From positions 1 through 29,165 of the IMG/VR virus record IMGVR_UViG_3300044723_006508: a stretch of DNA of 29,165 bases. The stretch is one strand, 5' to 3'. Below the pieces are notes generated by a model. The model searched no databases and was not told the origin of the DNA. It was given only the letters and a program-made list of their open reading frames with translations. Position 1 is the first letter of the stretch. Every line of letters begins with the position of its first letter. A program made the translations under genes and the position numbers. Shown one piece after another: positions 1 to 8,800 of this stretch. Source of the DNA: a virus (Duplodnaviria > Caudoviricetes).

Positions 1-1176
1 AAGCTTAGCAATATCAGCAGGTGATACTTGAGTAACTTCTGCGTCTTCAATTGATTCAAGTATACTATAATTTTCTTCCCTTTCTACACCGAGATACAAT
101 GATTTTAATGGTCTAATAGTTTCATCTCGATTTTCACCGTGATGTACTAGTTTTGCTAAACCAAGAGATGTGCCACCGTCATGAGCTATGGGGTCAAACC
201 ATATATTCAAATTAGGAAAGCGTTCTTGTAAATAATAATTAGCAACGCAGTTAAGACCATATCCACCGGCAATAACCACGTTTGATTTACCTGTTAATGA
301 TACTGCTTTTTCGATTAAATCACCTACTAATTGCTGAGTTTCTTGCTGTACCTTCCAGGCTAAATTCTTTGCTACATCTGGCACTTTAGTAAAATCTTTA
401 TGCCATTCGGCAGGATCTTCTGTCTGCACTAAAGATCTGCTGGCTTGAGTATCAATAAATGCCCCAGCTGGAAAGTTTGGAACTAGTAAATTTTTATTAG
501 CTCTTCCATTGATGAAAAAATCAGGTATACTATCATCTTCTTTTCCATAAGGAGCTAACCCCATAGTCTTACCTGCTTCTATATAACCAAAACCTAAGTA
601 ATATGAAACCGCCTCGTAAGCTTTTGTTATAGTCACACTGCCGTCCATTTCAATTTGATCAGACGTAACTCTTTGGGTATCGGCATTACCGCCATAATTT
701 TTAAATACTGGTTTAAAATTTGCAGGATACGAACAATCTATTATTGATTCCGTTTCGAAGCCTACGTTTATAGATTTATTTCCTTCTTCACCAAATTCTA
801 ATTTATGTCTAGTACCAGCGCCGTCCACAATAACTGCAACAGCATCTGTAAACCCTGAGTTGTAAAATGCTTCTGCTGCATGTCCTAAATGATGCTCACC
901 ACCGAGATTGATTACCTGTACATTAGGACAAAATTTACGTACTAATCCAGTATATGAGTCTTCTCCTGTCCATGGAAGTTGATCAAATTGATCAGTAGTA
1001 CCTCCTAATACAATAACATCTACACCATACCTAACAGCCTCTAGTATTCCTCTGAAAGGATTACCATCATATTTTAATCTTGTTAACCTTTCTTCCTCTA
1101 TGTAAAATTTCAGCTCACCGTCTACTAAAAACGCTGCAGAACCATTATGACCTGGATTTACTGCAATAATATTCAT
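1..1176 (-). CDS. Carbamoyltransferase, NodU/CmcH/TobZ family (N-terminal Kae1-like domain; 3' part runs off the window)
   Basis: Not in the ORF track; translated by hand from ATG at 1176: MNIIAVNPGHNGSAAFLVDGELKFYIEEERLTRLKYDG... It contains the family motifs EEERLTRxK, HHLGHAAEAFYNSGF, VIVDGAG, EAGKTMGLAPYG, IAGGYGLNCVAN and AHDGGTSLG. The start lies 1 nt after the stop of the upstream GT gene. Confidence 0.92.
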   Translation of the reverse strand, partial: MNIIAVNPGHNGSAAFLVDGELKFYIEEERLTRLKYDGNPFRGILEAVRYGVDVIVLGGTTDQFDQLPWTGEDSYTGLVRKFCPNVQVINLGGEHHLGHAAEAFYNSGFTDAVAVIVDGAGTRHKLEFGEEGNKSINVGFETESIIDCSYPANFKPVFKNYGGNADTQRVTSDQIEMDGSVTITKAYEAVSYYLGFGYIEAGKTMGLAPYGKEDDSIPDFFINGRANKNLLVPNFPAGAFIDTQASRSLVQTEDPAEWHKDFTKVPDVAKNLAWKVQQETQQLVGDLIEKAVSLTGKSNVVIAGGYGLNCVANYYLQERFPNLNIWFDPIAHDGGTSLGLAKLVHHGENRDETIRPLKSLYLGVEREENYSILESIEDAEVTQVSPADIAKL

Positions 1177-1177
1177 A

Positions 1178-2113
1178 CTATTTTACCTTTTTTTCAATAT
1201 CTTCAACAATAGACTTGTACATATTATTAATTTCATCATCATTAAAGTCCATACATCTGTCATTTATTCTGTCTGTAAGATGGCCATCTAAACCACTAAT
1301 ACGAATCGGCGAATATTTCTTTTTTATACCTTCTTTTTCTATTATATTAAAAAAATCAGGATAAGAGGTATTAACAGCAAAGGTTGATCCAATAATTACT
1401 GTTCCAGGCTTATTAAATGCTCGCGCCATATGCTGTCCTAGAGAATCACATCCAACAAAATAGTCTGCAGCTTCTACTACAGCAGCCCACATTCTTAGAT
1501 CACCTTTTGCTTTAAAAGTTATATCATCTCCTGGTACGTTTAAATGCTCTTCGCCAAAGAAGATAAGATTATACTTTGTCGAGAGTTTTTTGATAAGCTT
1601 TAAGTATACGTGAGGCTCTAGTGAGCGTGAAGATTCATCAATAATATCTTGCTCATCAACACGGTTAGCAGATCGACCGAAAGGTTGTATAACTATAGTT
1701 TTTTGTTTTTGTTGTTGCTGCTTAACCTGTTTTATCATAGTAGCGGCATTTTTTTCTTCCATTTTACTAAGATAAAGTTTAGGTTCTACGAGATCACTGT
1801 GATCATGCGTATTGTTAATTATTTCATCAAAACCTTCAACAAGAGATATCTGTTGAGTAAAGTATCGTGGAAGCCGGTACGGCTCAGGAGATATGACTTC
1901 ATCACAATCGACTATTTTATTTTCAAATATACCTTTAGTATCAAATGAATATGTTATATCTTGAAGCTCAGGAATTCCCCATAACAGGGTATCCCATCCT
2001 CCAATAAAGATACGAATGTCGTCGGTAGGATTATTGTTTACATGCTTAATAAGAGCGGGTATAGCAGCAATGACACGGCCTGCGCCGCCATCAATCATGA
2101 TGGCTCTTTTCAT
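1178..2113 (-). CDS. GT-B glycosyltransferase, GT9 (heptosyltransferase)-like
   Basis: The C-terminal motif ADYFVGCDSLGQHMARAFNKPGTVIIG matches the GT9 D(S/T)GxxHxAxAxxxP motif. The N-terminus IDGGAGRVIAAIPAL aligns with GT9 GDxxxxxPAL. An IVIQPFG strand is present. SD GAGGTG upstream. Confidence 0.8.
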   Translation of the reverse strand: MKRAIMIDGGAGRVIAAIPALIKHVNNNPTDDIRIFIGGWDTLLWGIPELQDITYSFDTKGIFENKIVDCDEVISPEPYRLPRYFTQQISLVEGFDEIINNTHDHSDLVEPKLYLSKMEEKNAATMIKQVKQQQQKQKTIVIQPFGRSANRVDEQDIIDESSRSLEPHVYLKLIKKLSTKYNLIFFGEEHLNVPGDDITFKAKGDLRMWAAVVEAADYFVGCDSLGQHMARAFNKPGTVIIGSTFAVNTSYPDFFNIIEKEGIKKKYSPIRISGLDGHLTDRINDRCMDFNDDEINNMYKSIVEDIEKKVK

Positions 2114-2149
2114 TGTTCACCTCAGTATATGGTTAATATAGTAATGTGT

Positions 2150-2178
2150 ATTATATTATATATCTAACAAAGATTCAA
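2150..2178 (-). promoter_or_regulatory. Putative sigma70-type promoter (TTGAAT-N17-TATAAT) for the GT9/carbamoyltransferase genes
   Basis: Minus strand: TTGAAT at 2178-2173, a 17-nt spacer and a perfect TATAAT at 2155-2150 (a second TATAAT at 2160-2155), in the 2114-2179 intergenic gap. Confidence 0.6.
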
Positions 2179-2179
2179 C

Positions 2180-2701
2180 TTATTCCGGTGCATTCGGCCA
2201 TGTAATATTGAATGGATCATCTTGTGTAGTAATGTCTCGTAAAGCTTGTCTGTATGTAATCCAAGCTTCTGGTATAGTCTCATTATTTTCTAAAGCCTTA
2301 ACAGGAACCCAATCTGTAGCTGCGAGTCTTTTATCTCTTTCTTGTCTAACTAATTTCCATTCTACAGTTTTAGCAGTTGCTAGATCGTCTCCTTCTTTCG
2401 AAGAAAATGTATATTTGTATAATGCAATTGTACCTGTAACTCCAGGAAATGCTAACTCATAATCTTCACTGTTTACAATATCATAATCAGTTTCAGAATG
2501 AATTGAGTTAAGATTATTTGAAGAAATAAAAGGTTCGTAATCATGTAGTCTGTAAAACATGTAATCTTCTGAACCATGAAACGAATTACCGTCGTTGGTA
2601 AACGCTGGCTCTTGTACAGCTTGGAAGTAAGTTACGACTCCAACAGCGTTATTGCTTGAATCGTATTTCACATACTCTTCTAAAGTTTTTATTCTCGTCA
2701 T
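2180..2701 (-). CDS. Tail fibre assembly chaperone (Tfa / phage tail assembly chaperone C-terminal domain)
   Basis: The C-terminal WKLVRQERDKRLAATDW...WITYRQALRDITTQDDPFNITWPNAPE is the typical chaperone signature. The gene lies directly downstream of a fibre gene. Confidence 0.85.
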   Translation of the reverse strand: MTRIKTLEEYVKYDSSNNAVGVVTYFQAVQEPAFTNDGNSFHGSEDYMFYRLHDYEPFISSNNLNSIHSETDYDIVNSEDYELAFPGVTGTIALYKYTFSSKEGDDLATAKTVEWKLVRQERDKRLAATDWVPVKALENNETIPEAWITYRQALRDITTQDDPFNITWPNAPE

Positions 2702-2709
2702 GTTAATTC

Positions 2710-5559
2710 CTACTTACTGAATAGTTCTGTATCAGTCATCTTATGAAAACCAAGACCGTCTAGCGGCGTGCCAGTTGCATCTTGCATTTGACAATCTAAA
2801 CGACCGCTGTTCACTCTGTAATCAATACAATAGTATTGACGACATTGATCGCTTGGGCTACTACCACCACCTGTACCACAGCATTTCCATGCATCAGTTC
2901 CTATTGCCCAAGTACGAGTATTAGCATTATATCTTATACCACAACCCCAGCAGTAACAACAAGCTCCTAACGCACAACCTGTTGTGGTCGTGAATCCTGC
3001 ACCGTACCAGCAGTTGTTTTCTGTACTGTAATGTTGCAACAAATACGGCTGTCTGTTTCCTGAGCATTCATGGCACTGTGTGCACCTGTTAATAATAATA
3101 CATGGACAATGCATGGTTCTTTTCATACATATGCCGTTGTTTGAATTACTAAAAATTGCATCATTGCCTAGCCAGCAGCATGTGCAGCAGCAATAAACAC
3201 GGCACGTTGCAACCATTATATGACAAGTACCACCAGCTGTAATTATATTTGGAAATAAACAACAAGTGCCTTGGCCAGGTACACCGATATTATTAGGACA
3301 CATACAGCACGCAATACTGCAATATATTGGTTTTACATTGTCACCCATTGACCAGCCTGGACAACCTGAACAGGCGCAATACATAATTAAATGTGTATTA
3401 CAATCATTACATCCGCCGGAAAATACAATAAAAACATTAGCATTAGGCGACATTTCAACCATATAACTTGGCTTACATGAAACCTGGCTCGCATATCTTA
3501 AATTACCCTGGCAGGAAGTGCCCGAGTTCGAACAAGGACACCTAAAATTAGCCTCGGCAGTCTCCTTGTAGCAGAGTAGGCACGTCTGACCGGCAACTGG
3601 TGTACCGCAATGAAAACCAGTTGCTCTAAATTTTTGACATTGCTGGTTTGGATCAGAACATGCCATATCCCATTGAATTAATGGCCATGGACAGTCATCC
3701 ATATTATGAGGAGTATTCCACCAGGAGTTCTTTCCAATCCACCAGTTACATTTGGTTACGTTGCAGTTGTTTGTAGGAGTCAAGCAAAGAGCTGCGCCAG
3801 TATTACATGTCTGACAGACATCTAACAAGCAGTCTAGCTTATAGCCTTGAATAACACTACAACCATAACAACAGGCATTAGCAGTAGTGCCTCCACATGA
3901 ACGATGAGCCACAACAAGCATGTTACCATCAACAGATACTGAAAGCGGTGCTGCTAAAGGTCCACATCCCAACTGGCTCGGGGTTAAATTGTCGCTCATA
4001 CAGTTGCCAGGAAAGGATACCTGGTTAAAGTTGTAAAACTTCTGTGGTACTACGTAACCGTTCGAATCAAATTTATAACTAATAATACCACCATATCCGC
4101 ACCTAGCGTTTGAACAGGAAGTATTTAAATGAGAAACACAGAACGCAGGAATGAAACCCCAACACTCATCCTTATATGTAAACTGTACATACGTACATTT
4201 ATGCTGCCAACCACCAGTTGTGCTTGTAACGTTATAACCACGCCAACAATACGTATTTGATGGACTAAATCCTAAAAACATTCTACAAAAACTATACTCA
4301 AATGTCTCATCAAGAGTGAGATACTCAGGACCAGTTGCATTACAGATATACTGGTAGTTAGTAGCAGTGAGACACGGGAAATGGTTCAGGAAATTATATC
4401 CGCTATCAGTACAGCATATAAATTCATCCGCGCTAGTGCGGCCTGGATAAAGAGATCCACAATTTGTTAGAGCTATACAGAGGCCGTCATCGACAATTCT
4501 CTTCCAGTCTGATCCATATAATGGTGGATTAAATTTCGTTGGAGAGCTTCCAAATAACGGAATTGAACCACCACCAGGTCCGTCGAAATTATAAAACTCT
4601 TGACAATGATCAGCGTAAGAGGAAGTTGCGTCAAACTTAAATGTTGTTGTATTAGCGACTAAACAAGCTGAAGAGTTGTTAGAAATCCAGTCGATACCAT
4701 ACTGTTTAACGGAAGTCATATTAACAGTATTAGATAATTCTACTGTTTTGTTAGCTCGAATTTGTAAAAATGTTTTACCATCATTACCATCAATATTAAT
4801 GGCTGATACACCACAATATTTACAGGTACATAAGTTAAATCCTGCTGATACTCCAGAAAAGCCTAGGTTACCCGAGCCGTCTGTACAAAGAAATTGGCCT
4901 GATGAACCACCAGTTAGCGTTACGTTACCAATAGTGCCTAAATTAGCGCTTGAAGTAGCCGTTACTGAGTTAGCAGTAACGAGTGGAGCAGTAACAGGTC
5001 CAGCAAATGCTCCTGTCTTACTTGAAACACTGTTAGCAGATACATTATCAACGGTTAAATCCCCGTCGAAATCTATTGAATCAGCTTGTAGAGTAGTAAA
5101 GTTGGCTGCTGTACCATTAACCGTGTTTGCGGTTACGATAGGAGCGGTAACAGGGCCTGAAAAACTGCCTGTGGTACCGGAAACGGTACCGCCTGATATA
5201 CTGTTCGCTGAAACAACGGGAGCGGTAACAGTACCAGCAAAACCACCTGTTTTACTTGTTATACTGTTAGCTGCAACGCTATCAACAGTTAAATCACCAT
5301 CGAAGTCTATTGAATCAGCCTGTAAGGTGGTAAAGTTAGCTGCCGTACCGTTAACTGTATTAGCCGTTACAATGGGAGCTGTTACCGGGCCTTTAAATGA
5401 CGCTGTATTGTTAAATGTATTTAACGTACCTGTAAAGGTATTATTAGATGCAAGACCTGCCGCTTGCGTGTTTATCTGATTTGTCCTTACCCGCCAGGTA
5501 TTGAACGTATCAGATAACGCAACATTGGCTAACGGTGTACCTGAGTCAAATAGTGCCAT
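2710..5559 (-). CDS. Tail fibre / receptor-binding-like virion protein with repeat shaft and very Cys-rich C-terminal region
   Basis: N-terminal attachment-type motif VALSDTFNTWRVRTN, T/A/N/V/S-rich shaft repeats, a fibre knuckle motif GQFLxTDGSGNLGF, and about 76 Cys from residue 225 onward. It has a late-promoter motif upstream and a Tfa-type chaperone downstream. Confidence 0.75.
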   Translation of the reverse strand: MALFDSGTPLANVALSDTFNTWRVRTNQINTQAAGLASNNTFTGTLNTFNNTASFKGPVTAPIVTANTVNGTAANFTTLQADSIDFDGDLTVDSVAANSITSKTGGFAGTVTAPVVSANSISGGTVSGTTGSFSGPVTAPIVTANTVNGTAANFTTLQADSIDFDGDLTVDNVSANSVSSKTGAFAGPVTAPLVTANSVTATSSANLGTIGNVTLTGGSSGQFLCTDGSGNLGFSGVSAGFNLCTCKYCGVSAINIDGNDGKTFLQIRANKTVELSNTVNMTSVKQYGIDWISNNSSACLVANTTTFKFDATSSYADHCQEFYNFDGPGGGSIPLFGSSPTKFNPPLYGSDWKRIVDDGLCIALTNCGSLYPGRTSADEFICCTDSGYNFLNHFPCLTATNYQYICNATGPEYLTLDETFEYSFCRMFLGFSPSNTYCWRGYNVTSTTGGWQHKCTYVQFTYKDECWGFIPAFCVSHLNTSCSNARCGYGGIISYKFDSNGYVVPQKFYNFNQVSFPGNCMSDNLTPSQLGCGPLAAPLSVSVDGNMLVVAHRSCGGTTANACCYGCSVIQGYKLDCLLDVCQTCNTGAALCLTPTNNCNVTKCNWWIGKNSWWNTPHNMDDCPWPLIQWDMACSDPNQQCQKFRATGFHCGTPVAGQTCLLCYKETAEANFRCPCSNSGTSCQGNLRYASQVSCKPSYMVEMSPNANVFIVFSGGCNDCNTHLIMYCACSGCPGWSMGDNVKPIYCSIACCMCPNNIGVPGQGTCCLFPNIITAGGTCHIMVATCRVYCCCTCCWLGNDAIFSNSNNGICMKRTMHCPCIIINRCTQCHECSGNRQPYLLQHYSTENNCWYGAGFTTTTGCALGACCYCWGCGIRYNANTRTWAIGTDAWKCCGTGGGSSPSDQCRQYYCIDYRVNSGRLDCQMQDATGTPLDGLGFHKMTDTELFSK
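5047..5391 (-). repeat. Internal 234-nt (78-aa) period duplication in the fibre shaft
   Basis: GPVTAPIVTANTVNGTAANFTTLQADSIDFDGDLTVD is encoded twice, at 5281-5391 and 5047-5157. The two copies are identical in protein but divergent in DNA. Confidence 0.95.
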
Positions 5560-5588
5560 CTTTGTTTCCTATCTCTTATTCTAATATA

Positions 5589-5807
5589 CTATTTAGTCAG
5601 AATTTGAGCAAGCATATTTTTTATGTCTTGCATTTCTTGTTTTATATTATTTATGTCTTCTGATAACGCACTTACTGTAATTTCTTGCTTTTTATTATAT
5701 TCTCTTTGTCGTCTATAAGCTAAAAGAGCATCGTTATCAATGTTAATGATAGCATGCGTAGACATATCACGTAGATAGCCAGGATTATTTTCAACTTTCT
5801 TAAACAT
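5589..5807 (-). CDS. Small conserved T4-like phage protein with C-terminal coiled coil
   Basis: 72 aa, KVENNPGYLRDxxTxAIIN followed by a heptad-like tail (LSEDINNIKQEMQDIKNML). This gene type typically follows the VrlC-like gene in aquatic T4-like phages. Tightly packed between its neighbours. Confidence 0.7.
   Translation of the reverse strand: MFKKVENNPGYLRDMSTHAIINIDNDALLAYRRQREYNKKQEITVSALSEDINNIKQEMQDIKNMLAQILTK
5590..5597 (-). promoter_or_regulatory. Putative T4-type late promoter (ACTAAATA) for the fibre gene
   Basis: Variant of the gp55 late consensus TATAAATA, about 30 nt upstream of the fibre ATG, overlapping the upstream stop codon. Confidence 0.55.
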
Positions 5808-5808
5808 A

Positions 5809-8800
5809 TTATGCCTGCAATGCTACAGTTATCATTTCGTCAACCTTAGGTACAACACCAGAAGATTGAGCAGTTAGTACAATCTTAATTGCCAAATACT
5901 TGTAACCTGTAAATGTTACACCTTGGCTATTTGTATACTGAATTTCGTTACTGCCTCCAGATAGATTAGCAGTTGGAACTTCAAAATCGTATAGTTTGAA
6001 ATCATTTTCGTTTTCATTTGATGAATAAACTGTAGATACTGTAGTTTGATCCATCAAAACCCAGCTACGATCTTTAAAGTCGTCGCTATCGTCTTTATTA
6101 AGAATCTTATAATAGACACTAATACCAGTAGTAGAAGGCTTATAAGCTCTCAGTCTTACCCTAATATCTTCAGCATCTTGGCCGTCAGCAAGAGTAAGTG
6201 ATCTAGTTATATAGCGTGCCAGAGCGTCACCGCTATCAGCGTTCGTTTCATTTGCTGTACTATTATTAACTGTGTTGTTAACTAGTGTCAGATTGATTCT
6301 CTCAAGGTCTACCACAGGGCCGATAGCAGGGTTAGATGTTGACATAGATACCTTAACTTCTGCTGATTTAGCACTGCTAATGTTAGTTGCTTCTAATGTC
6401 TTACCCAAAACATACTTCGGAGTTCTAAAATTAGTATTTCTATTTTCATTTACTGATCTAAACGCTGTATCTCTTGTTGCTGCAGCTGTGTTAAGCTTAG
6501 CTGTTGAAGAAAGCGATGTCTCTTCAAACTGCAGAGAACCAAGATTTAATCTCATAGTATCAACTTCAATCTTATCTAGACTCTTAATCGTAGTAGTACT
6601 ACCGCTTATTTGACCTTTTAGCTGCATACCAGTGGTAAACGTACCAGAAGCATTATCTAAATGCAGTACAGTATTACCGTTGTGGTTTACACTATCAAAG
6701 TATATAACATTACCACTCGGAGTAGTAGCACTGTGTACAGTAGTATGAGGTTCCTGTTTAACACTGTTTATTACAACGTTAACTCTCTCCCCGGCTGTAA
6801 ATTTATTTACTAATGATACATCTTTCAAGACTATTGTATTAGAAGATTGCGACACTACAATTGCGTTTGCACCAGAAGTATTGCCGACCAGTACAAAGTT
6901 AGTATTTACAGATAGTGCCGATGTACCGACAATAGTTGTATGTCCTACAACCTGCTCTCCAATTGTATTAAAGGTATTTGAACCTGTTGTCTGGAAAAAC
7001 TCTCTGTCTTCATTCTTAAACACTGCTGTTGCGGTAGTATTTCTTGCAAAGTTAGCAATGTATAAGTTAAACTTGAGATCTTCCTCTTGTATTGGAGACC
7101 ACTGTCTTGCATTTGAAGAAGCAAACAAGGTGCCGACATATGGTTGCTTGTTAATTCTTTCTCCGGTCACTAAGTCTGTACCACCAAGTCTTGAAACATA
7201 CAAGCTTGTATTAGGATTATTAGCAGCAGGCCTTACAATGATTGCATACTCTTTATCTTTAGCTAAGAAGACAGGAGTTGAGAAGTATACAGGGGTTGGC
7301 GAACCACCGTTAGAACTAGTATTAATATCTGCTGCTTCTACTGTAACTCTACTAAATGGTACAATACGGTCTGTAATGTATCCACCTCCAGCAGCTACTT
7401 CTCTTAACTCAACAAATACTGGTCTTGTCGCATCTTTTGTGGCAAAGAACAAGTCGATTTTAGTTAGATAACCACCTGAAGCTAATACTAGATCGTTAAA
7501 GTTACCCATAATAAACGTTTGTGCGATTGGATCGTCCTGACCTTCTGCGCAGTCATATCCAGGGAAGTTAAGATTTTGCTGATTTCTAAACTCAGCTAAC
7601 TGGGTCGGGGAAACCTCTACACCTTCAAACGTTTCTGCAAATGCAGCGGTATCATCCCAGCCATCAGTAAGATTACGTGTACCAATACGATGTGTACCGT
7701 CTGGATTCTTACCTTGATACTGTAGCTCAACTATATGTTGACCCTGCTTAACAAGATCAGAAGTAGATGATGTAAGTGTACGCGTCTCACTGACCATAGA
7801 CTGTACAACATCGTAAGTACGTGTTGATATAATAGTATCTTGTACTGTTTCGACCTTACCTTCAGATGAATATGTTGCTTCACCTGATGTAGTTACTAAG
7901 CCAGTACCCGTTTCATTTGTCGAGCTGTCTGAAAGTCTAAATCTTCTAGAACCTGCTCTAAAGCTTAGGCTGTTATCATTTGGTACCCTAAATCTACAGT
8001 AAATATCACCAGTACTATCAGTAGTAAGAGCTGCTCCTTCGTTAGCTGTATTTGCGTAAGCTGATGTTGCAGGAGCTACGTAAGCGTTGACATCAATACC
8101 ATCAAAGAATGCGTACAATCTTGAGTTTGGTTTAAAGCCTCTGCCTTCTACGTTAATAACACGAGAACGCATAAACGGTATAACATCAGTATTAATAACT
8201 GCAGATCCTGACTTCTTAGTTGTTGTTCTTGGAACTACCGTTGATGTTATACCTGTCCTAACTTGCTGTTCGGTTATTGAAGTAATCTGTTCCTGGTACT
8301 CGCCAGCCTTAACAACATTAACACCACTATTATTTACGTTGTTGTTTCTCGCCTCGACGAACACTCTTGCATCACCTACGTCTTGAGTTGTACTACCGCT
8401 CCAGATTGTTTCCCAGTTACCCCAGTCAGTAGTCCAAGAGGCGCTACCTACAGCAAAGTTGTCGTTTGTATTGTCTTGGTTAATAACAAGATCTGGAGCT
8501 TGTACAGTTTCACACCAGTAATCACTATTAGGTGTTAAGGTAATCTGCCCTAAAAACTTCCAGAATAAACCAGCTGCGTTTCTTGTAGTAGAAGCATACT
8601 TCTGATTAATAACTTTTCTATGTGCGTAAGTTATTGAAGCTAATTTACCAGCAGGAGGTGTGTAAACAGCAGAGATTGTGCCAGATGAACTACTTGTACC
8701 GCCTGTTGCAGTCGCGCTTACAGCGAACGTGCCAGATACGCTTTCGAGATAAACTCTTCTACCAACCTGATATACTACTTTACCTGTTGCTGCTCCAGCA

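Noticed and set aside
2710-3100. Diversity-generating retroelement target at the fibre tip
   Set aside because: No template/variable repeat pair or reverse transcriptase is visible in the window; one elsewhere in the genome cannot be excluded.
2713-4887. Cys richness as an artefact of genetic-code reassignment
   Set aside because: Cys is encoded by ordinary TGT/TGC and confined to one gene. TAA, TAG and TGA all act as stops at tight gene junctions, so the standard code fits.
4676-5479. 267-aa plus-strand ORF and the other antisense ORFs in the track (e.g. 6881-7471, 17885-18307, 22321-22623, 27329-27625)
   Set aside because: They lie opposite well-supported genes, mirror their codon bias (V/P/L/A-rich shadows) and show no recognisable motifs.
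7535-7750. Possible intein or insertion just before DPIAQTF in the 2101-aa protein
   Set aside because: The segment is short and lacks intein N-terminal Cys/Ser block and His-Asn terminal motifs; it looks like a variable loop.
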